This document shows positions 1-9,820 of a stretch of 64,000 nucleotides of DNA, one piece after another; positions within the stretch are counted from its first letter, which is position 1; every line of letters starts with the position of its first letter. Where the stretch lies: positions 2,959 through 66,958 of the forward strand of contig CALXUT010000001.1 in assembly GCA_944391755.1 (NCBI GenBank), in the 5' to 3' direction. The position numbers and the translations under genes are program-made. A model generated the notes under the pieces. The model was not told the DNA's origin and did no database searches. It saw only the letters and a program-made list of their open reading frames with translations. Source of the DNA: an uncultured Clostridia bacterium. GTDB lineage: Bacteria > Bacillota > Clostridia > TANB77 > CAG-508.

Positions 1-29
1 TAATATGCGGAGTTTGTCTGTTTTAGAAC

Positions 30-66
30 CAAAAAACAACCTTAAATATAAAAAATTTAAGGTTGT
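30..66 (-). terminator. Rho-independent terminator after the GLUG-repeat protein gene
   Basis: Minus strand reads ACAACCTTAAA-loop-TTTAAGGTTGT followed by TTTTTGG, directly after the TAA stop at 74-76. Confidence 0.7.
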
Positions 67-73
67 AAGAAAA

Positions 74-1672
74 TTACTCAAAAATAGGATAATTGTTTTC
101 ACCTAGTTTCCATTTTTTCCATTCAGATGTATCTATTCCATCTGTATTATTTTCTATATAATCATTTAGTTTTAAAACTAAATCGTTTGAATGCATATAC
201 TCTCGTGTTTTTTTCTCTACTCCTTGAGCTGCTGAAAATTTTGCATAACCTAGTAAATCAGCATCTTCTTGATAATACGTATTATTTAATGTAGCAGTAT
301 TATCAGTATTATAATACCAATATCCTCCAACAATTCCTCCATATCCTTCTTTTGTATAATTAACTTTTCCAATATTGTATGAATTTATTACCTTACAATT
401 TGTTCCTACTTGTCCTGAATTTCCTATTATGCCACCTGCAGTTGCATATACATTATTTCCTGTATTCTGATTTGTAATCTCTCCTGTATTGAAACAATTA
501 TATATTTCTGCACCTGTGGAATATCCTGCTATTCCACCAACAGCACCATAAGTTGCTCCAAGTTTTCCAGTTATTTTACCGGAATTATAGCAATTTATGA
601 CTTTTCCATCGACAACACCAACAATTCCACCAACTGCTGAGTCACTCTCAATATTCGCTTCATTACTACAATCTATTATTAACGTATCTCCCCATGCTTC
701 ACCTGCAATACCACCTGTTCTGGGATTTTGAGAAGATATTTTACCACTTTGTATAATTTCTATTTTATTATGGCAATTGATGATTGTTGCATCATTAGCT
801 TCGGCACAAATTCCTCCAACTTTATAATTAGTTGATATAATTTTTCCTGTAACTGTTAAGTCCTTCAATATTACCCCTGAACTTGTTGTTCCAAATAGCC
901 CACTTTTACCTGTACGATTTTCATATAGATTTTCTATACTATTATTTTTTCCATTCAAAATACCTCTAAAATCTCCTATAGGAGTAAATCCCATACATCC
1001 TTCAGTTGTATTGGTTAATTCTGCCATTATACCTTCTATTGTTCCATCATTATTCAAATCGCCAAATTCTTTAGATTTATAATCATTATAGGAGAATATT
1101 GATTGAAAATCCAAAGACCTCATTAAGTTAACATATTGACCAGGAAAATTATTACTTTGAATATTAAGATCTTCATTTCCACCATTAGACATTATTGAAA
1201 AAGCAACTAAATCTTCAATGCAATTTATTTGAAATGGCTTATCTTCACTTCCATCAAACTGTCCACCTTTGCTTATGTCCCCCGCATTATTATCACTAGC
1301 AAGTTCTTTTGGGCCAGTAATCTTTCCATCTCCATCTATTTCGTAATATCTATTTGTTTCTATAAATTTAACTACCATTAAGTTTTCATTACCTAGTACT
1401 TCAGTTTTTCCTGTACCTGTATTTTCATCCAACTTATTTTGAAGTACATCTTTTTTTAGATTTCCTAATGCCGCATCATCAATAGCTTGAGCGACAGAGG
1501 TATTTATCATTTCCTTTTCTTCTTCTATTTCTGTCTGATCTTTTCCTTCTTTTGATTGATTAATTATTCCATTATTTCCTGTCAAGACAGATATGGATAT
1601 TCCTGCTAAAATTAGTAGGACTATTACGGTTACAACTAATGCAATTAAAGTTATACCTTTCATATTTTTCAT
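74..1672 (-). CDS. Secreted/surface protein with a prepilin-like N-terminal hydrophobic segment and GLUG-type repeats
   Basis: 532-aa ORF. The N-terminus MKNMKGITLIALVVTVIVLLILAGISI resembles a prepilin-type signal but lacks the usual Glu. The C-terminal half has repeated GG(I/V)xG...N(C/S)YN units typical of GLUG-motif repeats. Confidence 0.75.
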   Translation of the reverse strand: MKNMKGITLIALVVTVIVLLILAGISISVLTGNNGIINQSKEGKDQTEIEEEKEMINTSVAQAIDDAALGNLKKDVLQNKLDENTGTGKTEVLGNENLMVVKFIETNRYYEIDGDGKITGPKELASDNNAGDISKGGQFDGSEDKPFQINCIEDLVAFSIMSNGGNEDLNIQSNNFPGQYVNLMRSLDFQSIFSYNDYKSKEFGDLNNDGTIEGIMAELTNTTEGCMGFTPIGDFRGILNGKNNSIENLYENRTGKSGLFGTTSSGVILKDLTVTGKIISTNYKVGGICAEANDATIINCHNKIEIIQSGKISSQNPRTGGIAGEAWGDTLIIDCSNEANIESDSAVGGIVGVVDGKVINCYNSGKITGKLGATYGAVGGIAGYSTGAEIYNCFNTGEITNQNTGNNVYATAGGIIGNSGQVGTNCKVINSYNIGKVNYTKEGYGGIVGGYWYYNTDNTATLNNTYYQEDADLLGYAKFSAAQGVEKKTREYMHSNDLVLKLNDYIENNTDGIDTSEWKKWKLGENNYPIFE

Positions 1673-1769
1673 TTGTTTTCTCCTTTTATTTATTATTTAA
1701 TTAATGCTCTTTTATAAATAAATTTTATAACAGGGCATTAATTAAAGTCAAGTTTTTCATAAAATTTTC

Positions 1770-4412
1770 TTATTTTAATCTTTCTTCAATACTTTTTAAC
1801 ATATCTTGATATTTTATAAGTTTTTCTTTCTCTTCATTTATTTTTGACTCTGGAGCTTTATTGATAAAACCAGGATTTGATAACATTTTTGTTGCTCTTT
1901 CTATTTCTGAAAGAACTTTTTTCTTTTCATCTTCAAGTCTTTTTCTTTCTTCTTCAATATCCACTAACTCTTCAAATGGTATATACACTTCAAGTCCATC
2001 AGTTATAATTGACATCGCATTTGGCGCAATACCATCTTTATTAGCTTGAACTTTTATGTTTTCACTATAGCCTAATTTCTTCAAAAAGTTTTGTGATTGA
2101 TTAATTAAGTCACTATATTTATTTGTAACAAATATTAATTCTGATTTTTTTGAAGGTGGGACATTTAAGTTTGCTCTTAAATTTCTAATTCCAACAATAA
2201 TTTCTTTAAGTTTTTCAATTTGACTTTCTTCTTTTTCAAAATTAAATTTAGAATCATATGCTGGGAATTTTGAAATCATGATACTCTCATCTATATTATA
2301 TAATTGTAAATAAATTTCTTCTGTTATAAAAGGCATAATAGGATGTAACAATTTTAAACTATTTGTTAATACTGTATTTAAAACAATTTGAGCATTTAAT
2401 TTGCTTTCTGCATTTTCTCCATATAGTCTAGACTTTACAATTTCTATATACCAATCACAAAATTCATTCCAAATAAAATCATAAATCTTTTGAGTAGCTA
2501 CACCAAGTTCATAACTATCTAAATTATCTCTAATTTCTTTGATTAGTGTATTTAATTTTGATAAAATCCATTTATCTTCATATTCTAAAGTTTCTAAATG
2601 AATATCTTCTATTCTTGGTAACTCTTTTATTCCATCTAAATTCATTAATACAAATTTTGCTGCATTCCATAATTTATTTGCAAAATTTGAAGCTTGATCT
2701 AATTTTTCCGGAATATATCTTATATCATTTCCTGGTGATATTCCTAAAATCAATGAAAATCTTAACGCATCTGTACTATATTGTTCAATAACTTCTAATG
2801 GATCAATACCATTTCCTAAAGATTTAGACATTTTTCTACCTTGACTATCTCTTACGATACCATGTATTAAAACATCATGAAATGGTTTTTGCTTCATACA
2901 TTCTAATCCTGAAAATATCATTCTCGCTACCCAGAAGAATATGATATCATAACCAGTAATTAATACATTTGTAGGATAAAACGTCTTTAAATCTTCTGTA
3001 TCATGTGGCCATCCTAATGTTGAAAATGGCCATAATGCGGAACTAAACCATGTATCCAATGAATCTTCATCTTGGTGTAACTTTGTACAACCACATTTTT
3101 CACATTTTTCAGGAGCTGTTTTAGATACATTAATATGTCCACATTCTTCACAATAATATGCAGGTATTCTATGCCCCCACCATAATTGTCTTGATATACA
3201 CCAGTCTTGTATATTTTCCATCCAGTTAAAATATATTTTTTCATATCTTTTTGGGATAAATTTAATATCTTCTTCTTTTACTGCTTTTATTGCAGGTTCT
3301 GCAAGTTCTTTCATTTTCGCAAACCATTGTTCAGATATTCTTGGTTCTATTGTATTGTGGCAACGATAGCATTTTCCAACATTATGGGTATAGTCTTCTG
3401 TTTTTACTAACGCACCTATTTCTTCTAATTTTTTAACAATTAATTTTCTTGCTTCTAGTGTTGTTAGACCTTTATATTCTGGTACTAAATCTCCCATAAT
3501 AGAACTATCATCAAATACTTCTACAATTTCTAGGTTATGTCTTAATCCTGCTTGATAATCATTCATATCATGTGCAGGTGTAATTTTTACACATCCTGTT
3601 CCAAATTCTTTTTCTACAAATTCATCTGCTATGATAGGAATTTCTTTATTCATAATTGGTAATATACATTTTTTTCCTATGATATCTTTATATCTCTCAT
3701 CTTCTGGATGAACTGCTACGGCTGTATCTCCTAACATCGTTTCAGGTCTAGTGGTTGCAATAATCACATATCTATCATCATCTTTTATTTTATATCGAAT
3801 ATGCCATAAATGTGATGATTGTTCTTCAAATTCTACTTCTGCATCTGATATGGATGTATGACAAGATGGACACCAATTTATCATTTTTGTTCCTTTATAG
3901 ATTAATCCTTTATTATATAGGTTTACAAATTGCTCTAGAACCGCATCTGACAAACCTTCATCCATTGTGAATCTACTTCTGTTCCAATCACATGAACATC
4001 CTAGTTTTCTTTGTTGTTGTTGGATTGTTCCACCAAATTCTTTTGTCCATGCCCATGCTCTTTCTAAAAATTGTTCTCTTGTTATATCAGCTTTTGTTAA
4101 TCCTTCTTCTTTTTGCATTTTTTCTACTACTTTTACTTCTGTAGCTATGGCTGCATGGTCTGTTCCTGGCACCCACAAAGTATTATATCCACACATTCTT
4201 TTATATCTTATTAAAATATCTTGCATGGTATCATCTAATGCATGTCCCATGTGTAATTTTCCAGTTACATTTGGTGGTGGCATCATAATACAATAACTTT
4301 CTTTGCTTTTATCCATAGATGGTTTAAAATAACCATTTTTCTCCCATTCCTCATATAGTTTTTCTTCAAATTCTTTTGGATTATACTTATCTCTTAATTT
4401 GTGTTCACTCAT
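1770..4412 (-). CDS. valS: Valine--tRNA ligase
   Basis: 880-aa ORF with a class I HIGH-type motif (PNVTGKLHMGHAL), KMSKS (GRKMSKSLGNG) and a C-terminal coiled coil. Length and motifs are typical of ValRS. Confidence 0.97.
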   Translation of the reverse strand: MSEHKLRDKYNPKEFEEKLYEEWEKNGYFKPSMDKSKESYCIMMPPPNVTGKLHMGHALDDTMQDILIRYKRMCGYNTLWVPGTDHAAIATEVKVVEKMQKEEGLTKADITREQFLERAWAWTKEFGGTIQQQQRKLGCSCDWNRSRFTMDEGLSDAVLEQFVNLYNKGLIYKGTKMINWCPSCHTSISDAEVEFEEQSSHLWHIRYKIKDDDRYVIIATTRPETMLGDTAVAVHPEDERYKDIIGKKCILPIMNKEIPIIADEFVEKEFGTGCVKITPAHDMNDYQAGLRHNLEIVEVFDDSSIMGDLVPEYKGLTTLEARKLIVKKLEEIGALVKTEDYTHNVGKCYRCHNTIEPRISEQWFAKMKELAEPAIKAVKEEDIKFIPKRYEKIYFNWMENIQDWCISRQLWWGHRIPAYYCEECGHINVSKTAPEKCEKCGCTKLHQDEDSLDTWFSSALWPFSTLGWPHDTEDLKTFYPTNVLITGYDIIFFWVARMIFSGLECMKQKPFHDVLIHGIVRDSQGRKMSKSLGNGIDPLEVIEQYSTDALRFSLILGISPGNDIRYIPEKLDQASNFANKLWNAAKFVLMNLDGIKELPRIEDIHLETLEYEDKWILSKLNTLIKEIRDNLDSYELGVATQKIYDFIWNEFCDWYIEIVKSRLYGENAESKLNAQIVLNTVLTNSLKLLHPIMPFITEEIYLQLYNIDESIMISKFPAYDSKFNFEKEESQIEKLKEIIVGIRNLRANLNVPPSKKSELIFVTNKYSDLINQSQNFLKKLGYSENIKVQANKDGIAPNAMSIITDGLEVYIPFEELVDIEEERKRLEDEKKKVLSEIERATKMLSNPGFINKAPESKINEEKEKLIKYQDMLKSIEERLK

Positions 4413-4447
4413 ATTTTTTCCTCCTTTAATTTATTTTTCCTTATATT

Positions 4448-7396
4448 TTAATAAAGAAACTTCTTAACTTGTCTATATTGTTCATAGGCTTCTTTTAAAG
4501 TCCATTTTTTCGTTACAGTCATAGATTTCACATTATCTGTTTGATATTTTGTATATTTACTTTTTTCTTTTTCGTATTCTGCTTCTCCTGTATATCCACC
4601 TTTAATTGCAGATTTTATAATGATGTTTCCAGATATAAAATAGCAGCTATCTGAACTTGAATTATAATTTTTTCTTTTCGAAAATTTAATATAAAAATCT
4701 TCAAAAGGATCATAAAATCCATATGACTCAAGAAGAGAATATGTATTTACATCACCTTGATAAGAATAAAAATATTGATTTGTTCCATTGAAAATTTTTA
4801 TTTGTATTTCATCTAAATCTTCAAAGAATGAACCACTACTATTTGAAGAGTACACTTTATTATCTTCTATATAATAATATATACTAGGAGTTATTATTTC
4901 TGGAACTCCATCATGGTTTAAATCCAATACTAATAGCTCTACATCTTTAACATCAGCAGTATATAATATATTTAAATATTGGTTTTTATTATATATTTCT
5001 ATCCATTCTTCATTTTGAGTATAATTTAGTGTATTAGATGTATTTGTAGAAGTGTTATTTTGCCCTGTTGTAGTATTATTGGTTGTTTGCTCATTACTTG
5101 GAACAGTAGTATCTGTAGAATTATATGGATAATTTTTGGTAATTTGTGTATTGGATATATAATTTTCTATTGCCTTTTCAATACTTTCTTTTCTTTGTTC
5201 TCTTGTATAATTATTATTAAAATTTACAACATTTTGCGAAATTTCTTTCCAATCTGCCATATGCACATATCTTTCTGAAAACTCACTATTATCATTGTTC
5301 GTAAATTGGAATGTAGTATTTTTTCCTAAGCCTCTAATAACGCCTCTTTCATATAATCCCTCATTATCTGTGCATTTGTATCCCCAAAAATACCTTTTAC
5401 TTATTTTATCATATACTAATTCTATTTTTTCTAATGCTAAACTACTTTCTTTTTGCTTTACTTTACTATTTTCTACTGTATATATCTGATAAATCGTATC
5501 TCCTGTTTCTGTTTTTATTCCTGTATTGTATATTAATTCTGGTACATAATTAAAATCTAAATCCATGATTAATAGTTCTGGTTCATTGACAACATTATCA
5601 TCAATAAAATCATTTGTTAATACAAACTTTCTATATAATTCTTTCCATGTATATTCATTATTATCATTTTCCCCGCTATAATCTTTATCTATTACATCTT
5701 TAATGGAAGTAGTATTGTCAATAATAGCAATATTTGCTAACTCAAATGCTGATTTTACATAGTCTGATTTATCTGAAAAATTTTGCTTAGCTAAAGATAT
5801 CATCATATGTGATATTTCTGCATAACTTGCAGTTGATGCTACTTTTTGAGGCGTTAGCATAAATAAGTATAATATTTCATCCGTTGTTAGTCCATTTTTC
5901 CACATAGTATATGCAACATTATCTAAAACACAACAATTTGAGTGAATTGCTTTAGAACGATTGCTACTATTTATCTCATTAGTATAATATTCCCCCATGT
6001 ATTTGCTTGGGTTATCATAGTCCTCAGGATTTGCCATAGATCTAAATCCCTGCTTACCTATGATGATATCTTCACCTATTGTCCAATTTTCATCTTCAGA
6101 AAAAGTTAAATTTTCATTTTCTGTAAAATATTTTATTTCGCCTTTTTCTCTTAAATAGTTTTCTGTAATATTTCCTACAACATCTGCAAAAGCTTCATCA
6201 ATCTCTCCATTTTTAAATCCACCATTCACACAATAAATATAAGCATGTGTATATTCATGTGCTATTGTATCAAGCCCATTTGTAAACGATTTATAGTTTA
6301 CTCCATCACCTGCACCAAATCTGAAAAACATATTATTTGATTCATTAAAAGTTATGTATAAATTTCTTGCAAAACTTGCATTATTTGAATCTTTATCATT
6401 AATTTCAGCAAGCACCATATTTCCATTACCATTAAAAGATTTTAATCCTAATTTTTGATTATAGAAGTCATAAACTTTACTTATATTATTCATTAATGTT
6501 ACAGCTTCTTTATTATCAAAATTTGTTGTATCTGATTCCACTACAGTATAGGCTTGTGTAATAAAATAATCGTTTATTTTATTAATGATTTTAATATTTC
6601 TACTTTCATCTATTAATTGGTATTTATCATTTTTTGATTTAATATTAAAACTTGCAGTTTCTCCAGAATGTGTTTGCCCTGTTCCCTGTATATTAAAAGA
6701 CGCTATTTCATCTCCTAAAATATCTCCCGTTATAGCATCAATAAATATTGATAAACTTTCTTCCTCATTAAAACCATAAATATTATATGCTATATGTGGT
6801 GTCTCTACATCTAAATTATAAATTAGAAGACCAGTTGAAGTTGGTTGAGATATATTTTCATATTTTTCATTTACAATTTTTTCTGCATCTTCTTCTGATA
6901 TCTTCACTTCTGTATTAACATTTTCAATTTTATCATAGTCTCCAGATATACTTTTTACATTTCCTTTTAAATCAGTTGTTACAATCAATTGCTTTCTATA
7001 GACTTCGTATCCATTGTATTTTTGACCTAATCTATAAATCTTTTCATCTCCAAATTCATTTTCATTATATACAAAAAATTCATCTTGAGGATTTTGTATA
7101 CCATATATCTTTTTTAAACACGCTAAAGATTGTATTGCATCTTCTGAATTTTTAACTTTTTCTAAAGTGTATGCCCCCATTATTGCAACTGGTAAATTAT
7201 CTTTATTATCAATTAAAATATCAGGTTCTACACCATTGTTTAATTCTGATAACTGAGATAATTCTATTTCTTGATAATTTCTAACATCTGTTTTTAATAA
7301 TATGATAAAACATACGATTGCTATTATTAGTATAAGCATTGAAAAGATTATAATTTTTTTATTATTTTTTAACTTTTCTATAATTTTATTTTTCAT
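4448..7396 (-). CDS. Membrane-anchored M4 (thermolysin-like) metalloprotease homolog with a long C-terminal extension
   Basis: 982-aa ORF with an N-terminal TM helix, a propeptide-like region and a zinc site AHEYTHAY followed by GEIDEAFADVVGN (HExxH plus a downstream Glu, as in thermolysin). About 400 further residues are of unknown function and contain two DL(D/N)..VPE(L/I)I repeats. Confidence 0.85.
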   Translation of the reverse strand: MKNKIIEKLKNNKKIIIFSMLILIIAIVCFIILLKTDVRNYQEIELSQLSELNNGVEPDILIDNKDNLPVAIMGAYTLEKVKNSEDAIQSLACLKKIYGIQNPQDEFFVYNENEFGDEKIYRLGQKYNGYEVYRKQLIVTTDLKGNVKSISGDYDKIENVNTEVKISEEDAEKIVNEKYENISQPTSTGLLIYNLDVETPHIAYNIYGFNEEESLSIFIDAITGDILGDEIASFNIQGTGQTHSGETASFNIKSKNDKYQLIDESRNIKIINKINDYFITQAYTVVESDTTNFDNKEAVTLMNNISKVYDFYNQKLGLKSFNGNGNMVLAEINDKDSNNASFARNLYITFNESNNMFFRFGAGDGVNYKSFTNGLDTIAHEYTHAYIYCVNGGFKNGEIDEAFADVVGNITENYLREKGEIKYFTENENLTFSEDENWTIGEDIIIGKQGFRSMANPEDYDNPSKYMGEYYTNEINSSNRSKAIHSNCCVLDNVAYTMWKNGLTTDEILYLFMLTPQKVASTASYAEISHMMISLAKQNFSDKSDYVKSAFELANIAIIDNTTSIKDVIDKDYSGENDNNEYTWKELYRKFVLTNDFIDDNVVNEPELLIMDLDFNYVPELIYNTGIKTETGDTIYQIYTVENSKVKQKESSLALEKIELVYDKISKRYFWGYKCTDNEGLYERGVIRGLGKNTTFQFTNNDNSEFSERYVHMADWKEISQNVVNFNNNYTREQRKESIEKAIENYISNTQITKNYPYNSTDTTVPSNEQTTNNTTTGQNNTSTNTSNTLNYTQNEEWIEIYNKNQYLNILYTADVKDVELLVLDLNHDGVPEIITPSIYYYIEDNKVYSSNSSGSFFEDLDEIQIKIFNGTNQYFYSYQGDVNTYSLLESYGFYDPFEDFYIKFSKRKNYNSSSDSCYFISGNIIIKSAIKGGYTGEAEYEKEKSKYTKYQTDNVKSMTVTKKWTLKEAYEQYRQVKKFLY

Positions 7397-7421
7397 ATAC
7401 TAATTCTCCCCTTCCAAAATC

Positions 7422-7665
7422 AAAAAACTCACCCTATATAAAGGGCGAGTTTATATCTCACGGTACCACCTTAATTATTATTATTTCTAATAACATCTCT
7501 CAAGTTTTTAACGCTAACCATGCGGATATTCTTACTATTACTTCTGAATATCAACTCCAAAGCTACCTTCCATTTACCTTTATTTAAGAAGCTTTCAGCC
7601 TAAGGCTTCTTTTCTCTACAAATAGTATAAATGTACTCCTCTTTTTCTTCGTTTTTTATACTTAC
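7422..7665 (-). promoter_or_regulatory. T-box riboswitch leader (probable Val specifier) with intrinsic terminator
   Basis: Minus strand has AAUUAAGGUGGUACCGUGAG (7457-7476), which matches the T-box consensus GGUGGUACCGCG with one change. The terminator AAACUCGCCCU-UUAUAU-AGGGUGAGUUU plus a U-run lies at 7422-7453. An F-box-like AGCGUUA is present. Stem I has AGUA on the 5' side and GAAGGUAG on the 3' side of the specifier loop (7563-7570). Confidence 0.8.
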
Positions 7666-7671
7666 TTTTTT

Positions 7672-7700
7672 ATTATCTCACAAAATCATATGAAATTCAA
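7672..7700 (-). promoter_or_regulatory. Sigma-A-type promoter for the T-box leader
   Basis: Minus strand reads TTGAAT, a 17-nt spacer, then GATAAT. Confidence 0.5.
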
Positions 7701-7742
7701 GTAATTTTTAAATTTTTATTCTTTATTTTTATAAATAAGTAA

Positions 7743-7792
7743 ATATATTAATATTTGAAGACAAAGACCCATAGGAAGACCCCAGCTATGTT
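7743..7792. repeat. Copy a (one arm missing) of the conserved-core palindromic element family
   Basis: The plus strand ATATATTAATATTTGAAGACAAAGACCCATAGGAAGACCCCAGCTATGTT matches copies c and d. The other arm is replaced by unrelated sequence next to the adh terminator. Confidence 0.7.
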
Positions 7793-7805
7793 AAAGGCCC
7801 GTAAT

Positions 7806-7832
7806 ATAAAAACCGAGAAAAACTTCTCGGTC
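7806..7832 (-). terminator. Rho-independent terminator after the alcohol dehydrogenase gene
   Basis: Minus strand reads ACCGAGAAGTTTTTCTCGGT followed by TTTTTAT. Confidence 0.75.
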
Positions 7833-7837
7833 ATTTA

Positions 7838-8998
7838 TTAAAATGCTCTTCTAAATAATTCAATAAAATCTTCTTTAGAAACCTCTCTTGGATTACCTGG
7901 TTTGCATGGATCTTGCATAGCTTTATCAGCCAACATTTCAAAATCTTCTTCTTTAGCTCCTACATCTCTTACTCTTTGTGTAATTCCAACTGATTTTGAT
8001 AATTCTGAAATCATCCATACAAATGTATTGATAACATCTTGGTCATTTAGATGTTCTGCATCTGGTCTACCTATATTCATTAAGATTTCTCTAAATCTCT
8101 GTGCTGTAGCTGGATCTTCTCCATTAAATCTCATTACTGTTGGAAGTAATATTGCATTTGCCATTCCATGTGGTGTATCATATACAGCTCCTAATTGATG
8201 AGCCATTGAGTGTACGATTCCTAATCCTACATTTGAGAATCCCATTCCAGCTATATATTGTGCTAATCCCATTTTTTCTATTGCTTCTTCATCTTTTTCA
8301 TTAACAGCTGCTGGCAAATATTTGAATATTAATTTTATTGCTTCCATATGGAACATATCTGACATTGTGTTATGTGCTTTTGTGATATATCCTTCAACTG
8401 CATGTGTTAATGCATCCATTCCTGTAGATGCTGCAATTGATTTTGGCATAGATGCCATTAAATCTGAATCAACAATTGCTAAAATAGGAATATCATTTGG
8501 ATCAACACATACCATTTTGATTTCTCTTTCTTCATCTGTTATAACATAATTTATTGTAACTTCAGCAGCTGTTCCAGATGTTGTTGGTAATGCGATAATT
8601 GGCATTCCTCTATTTACAGTATTTGATGCACCGTTTAGTGATACAATATCTGCTCTATCTGGGTTTGTCATTACAATTGATATACCTTTTGCTGTATCTA
8701 TACTTGAACCTCCTCCTACTGCTACGATAACATCTGCTCCAGAGTTTCTACAAACTTCAACACCATCAGTTACATTTTTGATTGTAGGATTTGGTTTAAC
8801 TTCTGAATATACTTCATAAGCAATTCCCGCTTTATCTAATACTTCTGTTACTCTTGCTGTTACTCCACATTCTGCTAATGATTTATCTGTTACAACTAAT
8901 ACCTTATGAAATCCTCTTTTTTGAATTTCTCCTGGTAATTCTTCTCTTGCTCCTTTCCCAAAATATGATGTTTCGTTAAGTACGAATTTAACTGACAT
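7838..8998 (-). CDS. Iron-containing (group III) alcohol dehydrogenase
   Basis: 386-aa ORF with GGGSSIDTAKG and His-rich metal-site motifs (HAVEGY, GIVHSMAHQLG, TPHG) typical of Fe-ADH / lactaldehyde reductase-type enzymes. Confidence 0.9.
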   Translation of the reverse strand: MSVKFVLNETSYFGKGAREELPGEIQKRGFHKVLVVTDKSLAECGVTARVTEVLDKAGIAYEVYSEVKPNPTIKNVTDGVEVCRNSGADVIVAVGGGSSIDTAKGISIVMTNPDRADIVSLNGASNTVNRGMPIIALPTTSGTAAEVTINYVITDEEREIKMVCVDPNDIPILAIVDSDLMASMPKSIAASTGMDALTHAVEGYITKAHNTMSDMFHMEAIKLIFKYLPAAVNEKDEEAIEKMGLAQYIAGMGFSNVGLGIVHSMAHQLGAVYDTPHGMANAILLPTVMRFNGEDPATAQRFREILMNIGRPDAEHLNDQDVINTFVWMISELSKSVGITQRVRDVGAKEEDFEMLADKAMQDPCKPGNPREVSKEDFIELFRRAF

Positions 8999-9091
8999 AT
9001 TTTTTCACTCCTTCTTTTGAAATTTTATATATATTAAAGTTTCAAATAAGGATATATACTATCTTATTTGAAAACATTCAATAACCATTCT

Positions 9092-9739
9092 TTAGTTTTC
9101 CGCATAATTTGTTGGTACTGTAAATAGCGAATTATCAACAGTATCTGATATTTCTACATTTAGTAGTTCAGCACTATCATCATAAGTCGTTTTCATATAT
9201 ATAAGATTATTATCTTTATCAAAGTAAAATCTTGTCTTTACATCTTCTGAATTTATATTTAAAGCTGTTATTGCCATAAATATTGTACTACCTGTATATT
9301 CTTCATAATAATATTTTTTGCCATTTACTTCTTCTTTTCCTATTGTGTAATCTCTATCTACCACTTCTTTTATACCATCTGTTAAAATATTTTGTTCTAT
9401 ATTATTATTCTCATATAAATAATATTCTTCTCTATCATGATAAATTAAATAGGTATTTCCATCTTTTATTAATGTTGTTAGATGTCCCCCATCTTCTGAA
9501 TATTGGTCAATTACTGTTTGATTATCTTTTTTGGCCATAATTATTTTATTACTATCATTTTTTTCCATTTTGAATGAGTATTCTTGGCTTGCTAAAAGAC
9601 GATCATAAATTTTCTTTAAATTGTCTTGTTTCGTATTCTTATTATTGGATATTATTATACTTGCTACAATTATTCCTATCACTATTATTGATAGAATTGC
9701 TAAAAATATAATTTTTTTCTTTTTATCAATCTTTTTCAT
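9092..9739 (-). CDS. Hypothetical membrane-anchored or secreted protein
   Basis: The ORF has an N-terminal Lys-rich segment plus a TM helix. I moved the start to the second ATG because the first ATG lies inside the GGAGG Shine-Dalgarno. Confidence 0.65.
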   Translation of the reverse strand: MKKIDKKKKIIFLAILSIIVIGIIVASIIISNNKNTKQDNLKKIYDRLLASQEYSFKMEKNDSNKIIMAKKDNQTVIDQYSEDGGHLTTLIKDGNTYLIYHDREEYYLYENNNIEQNILTDGIKEVVDRDYTIGKEEVNGKKYYYEEYTGSTIFMAITALNINSEDVKTRFYFDKDNNLIYMKTTYDDSAELLNVEISDTVDNSLFTVPTNYAEN

Positions 9740-9820
9740 CAATTTTACCTCCATTTTTATCTTTTGTTCATTATATCAATAAAATTTTTTATTTACAATA
9801 TATTTTTTTAATTTATTATA

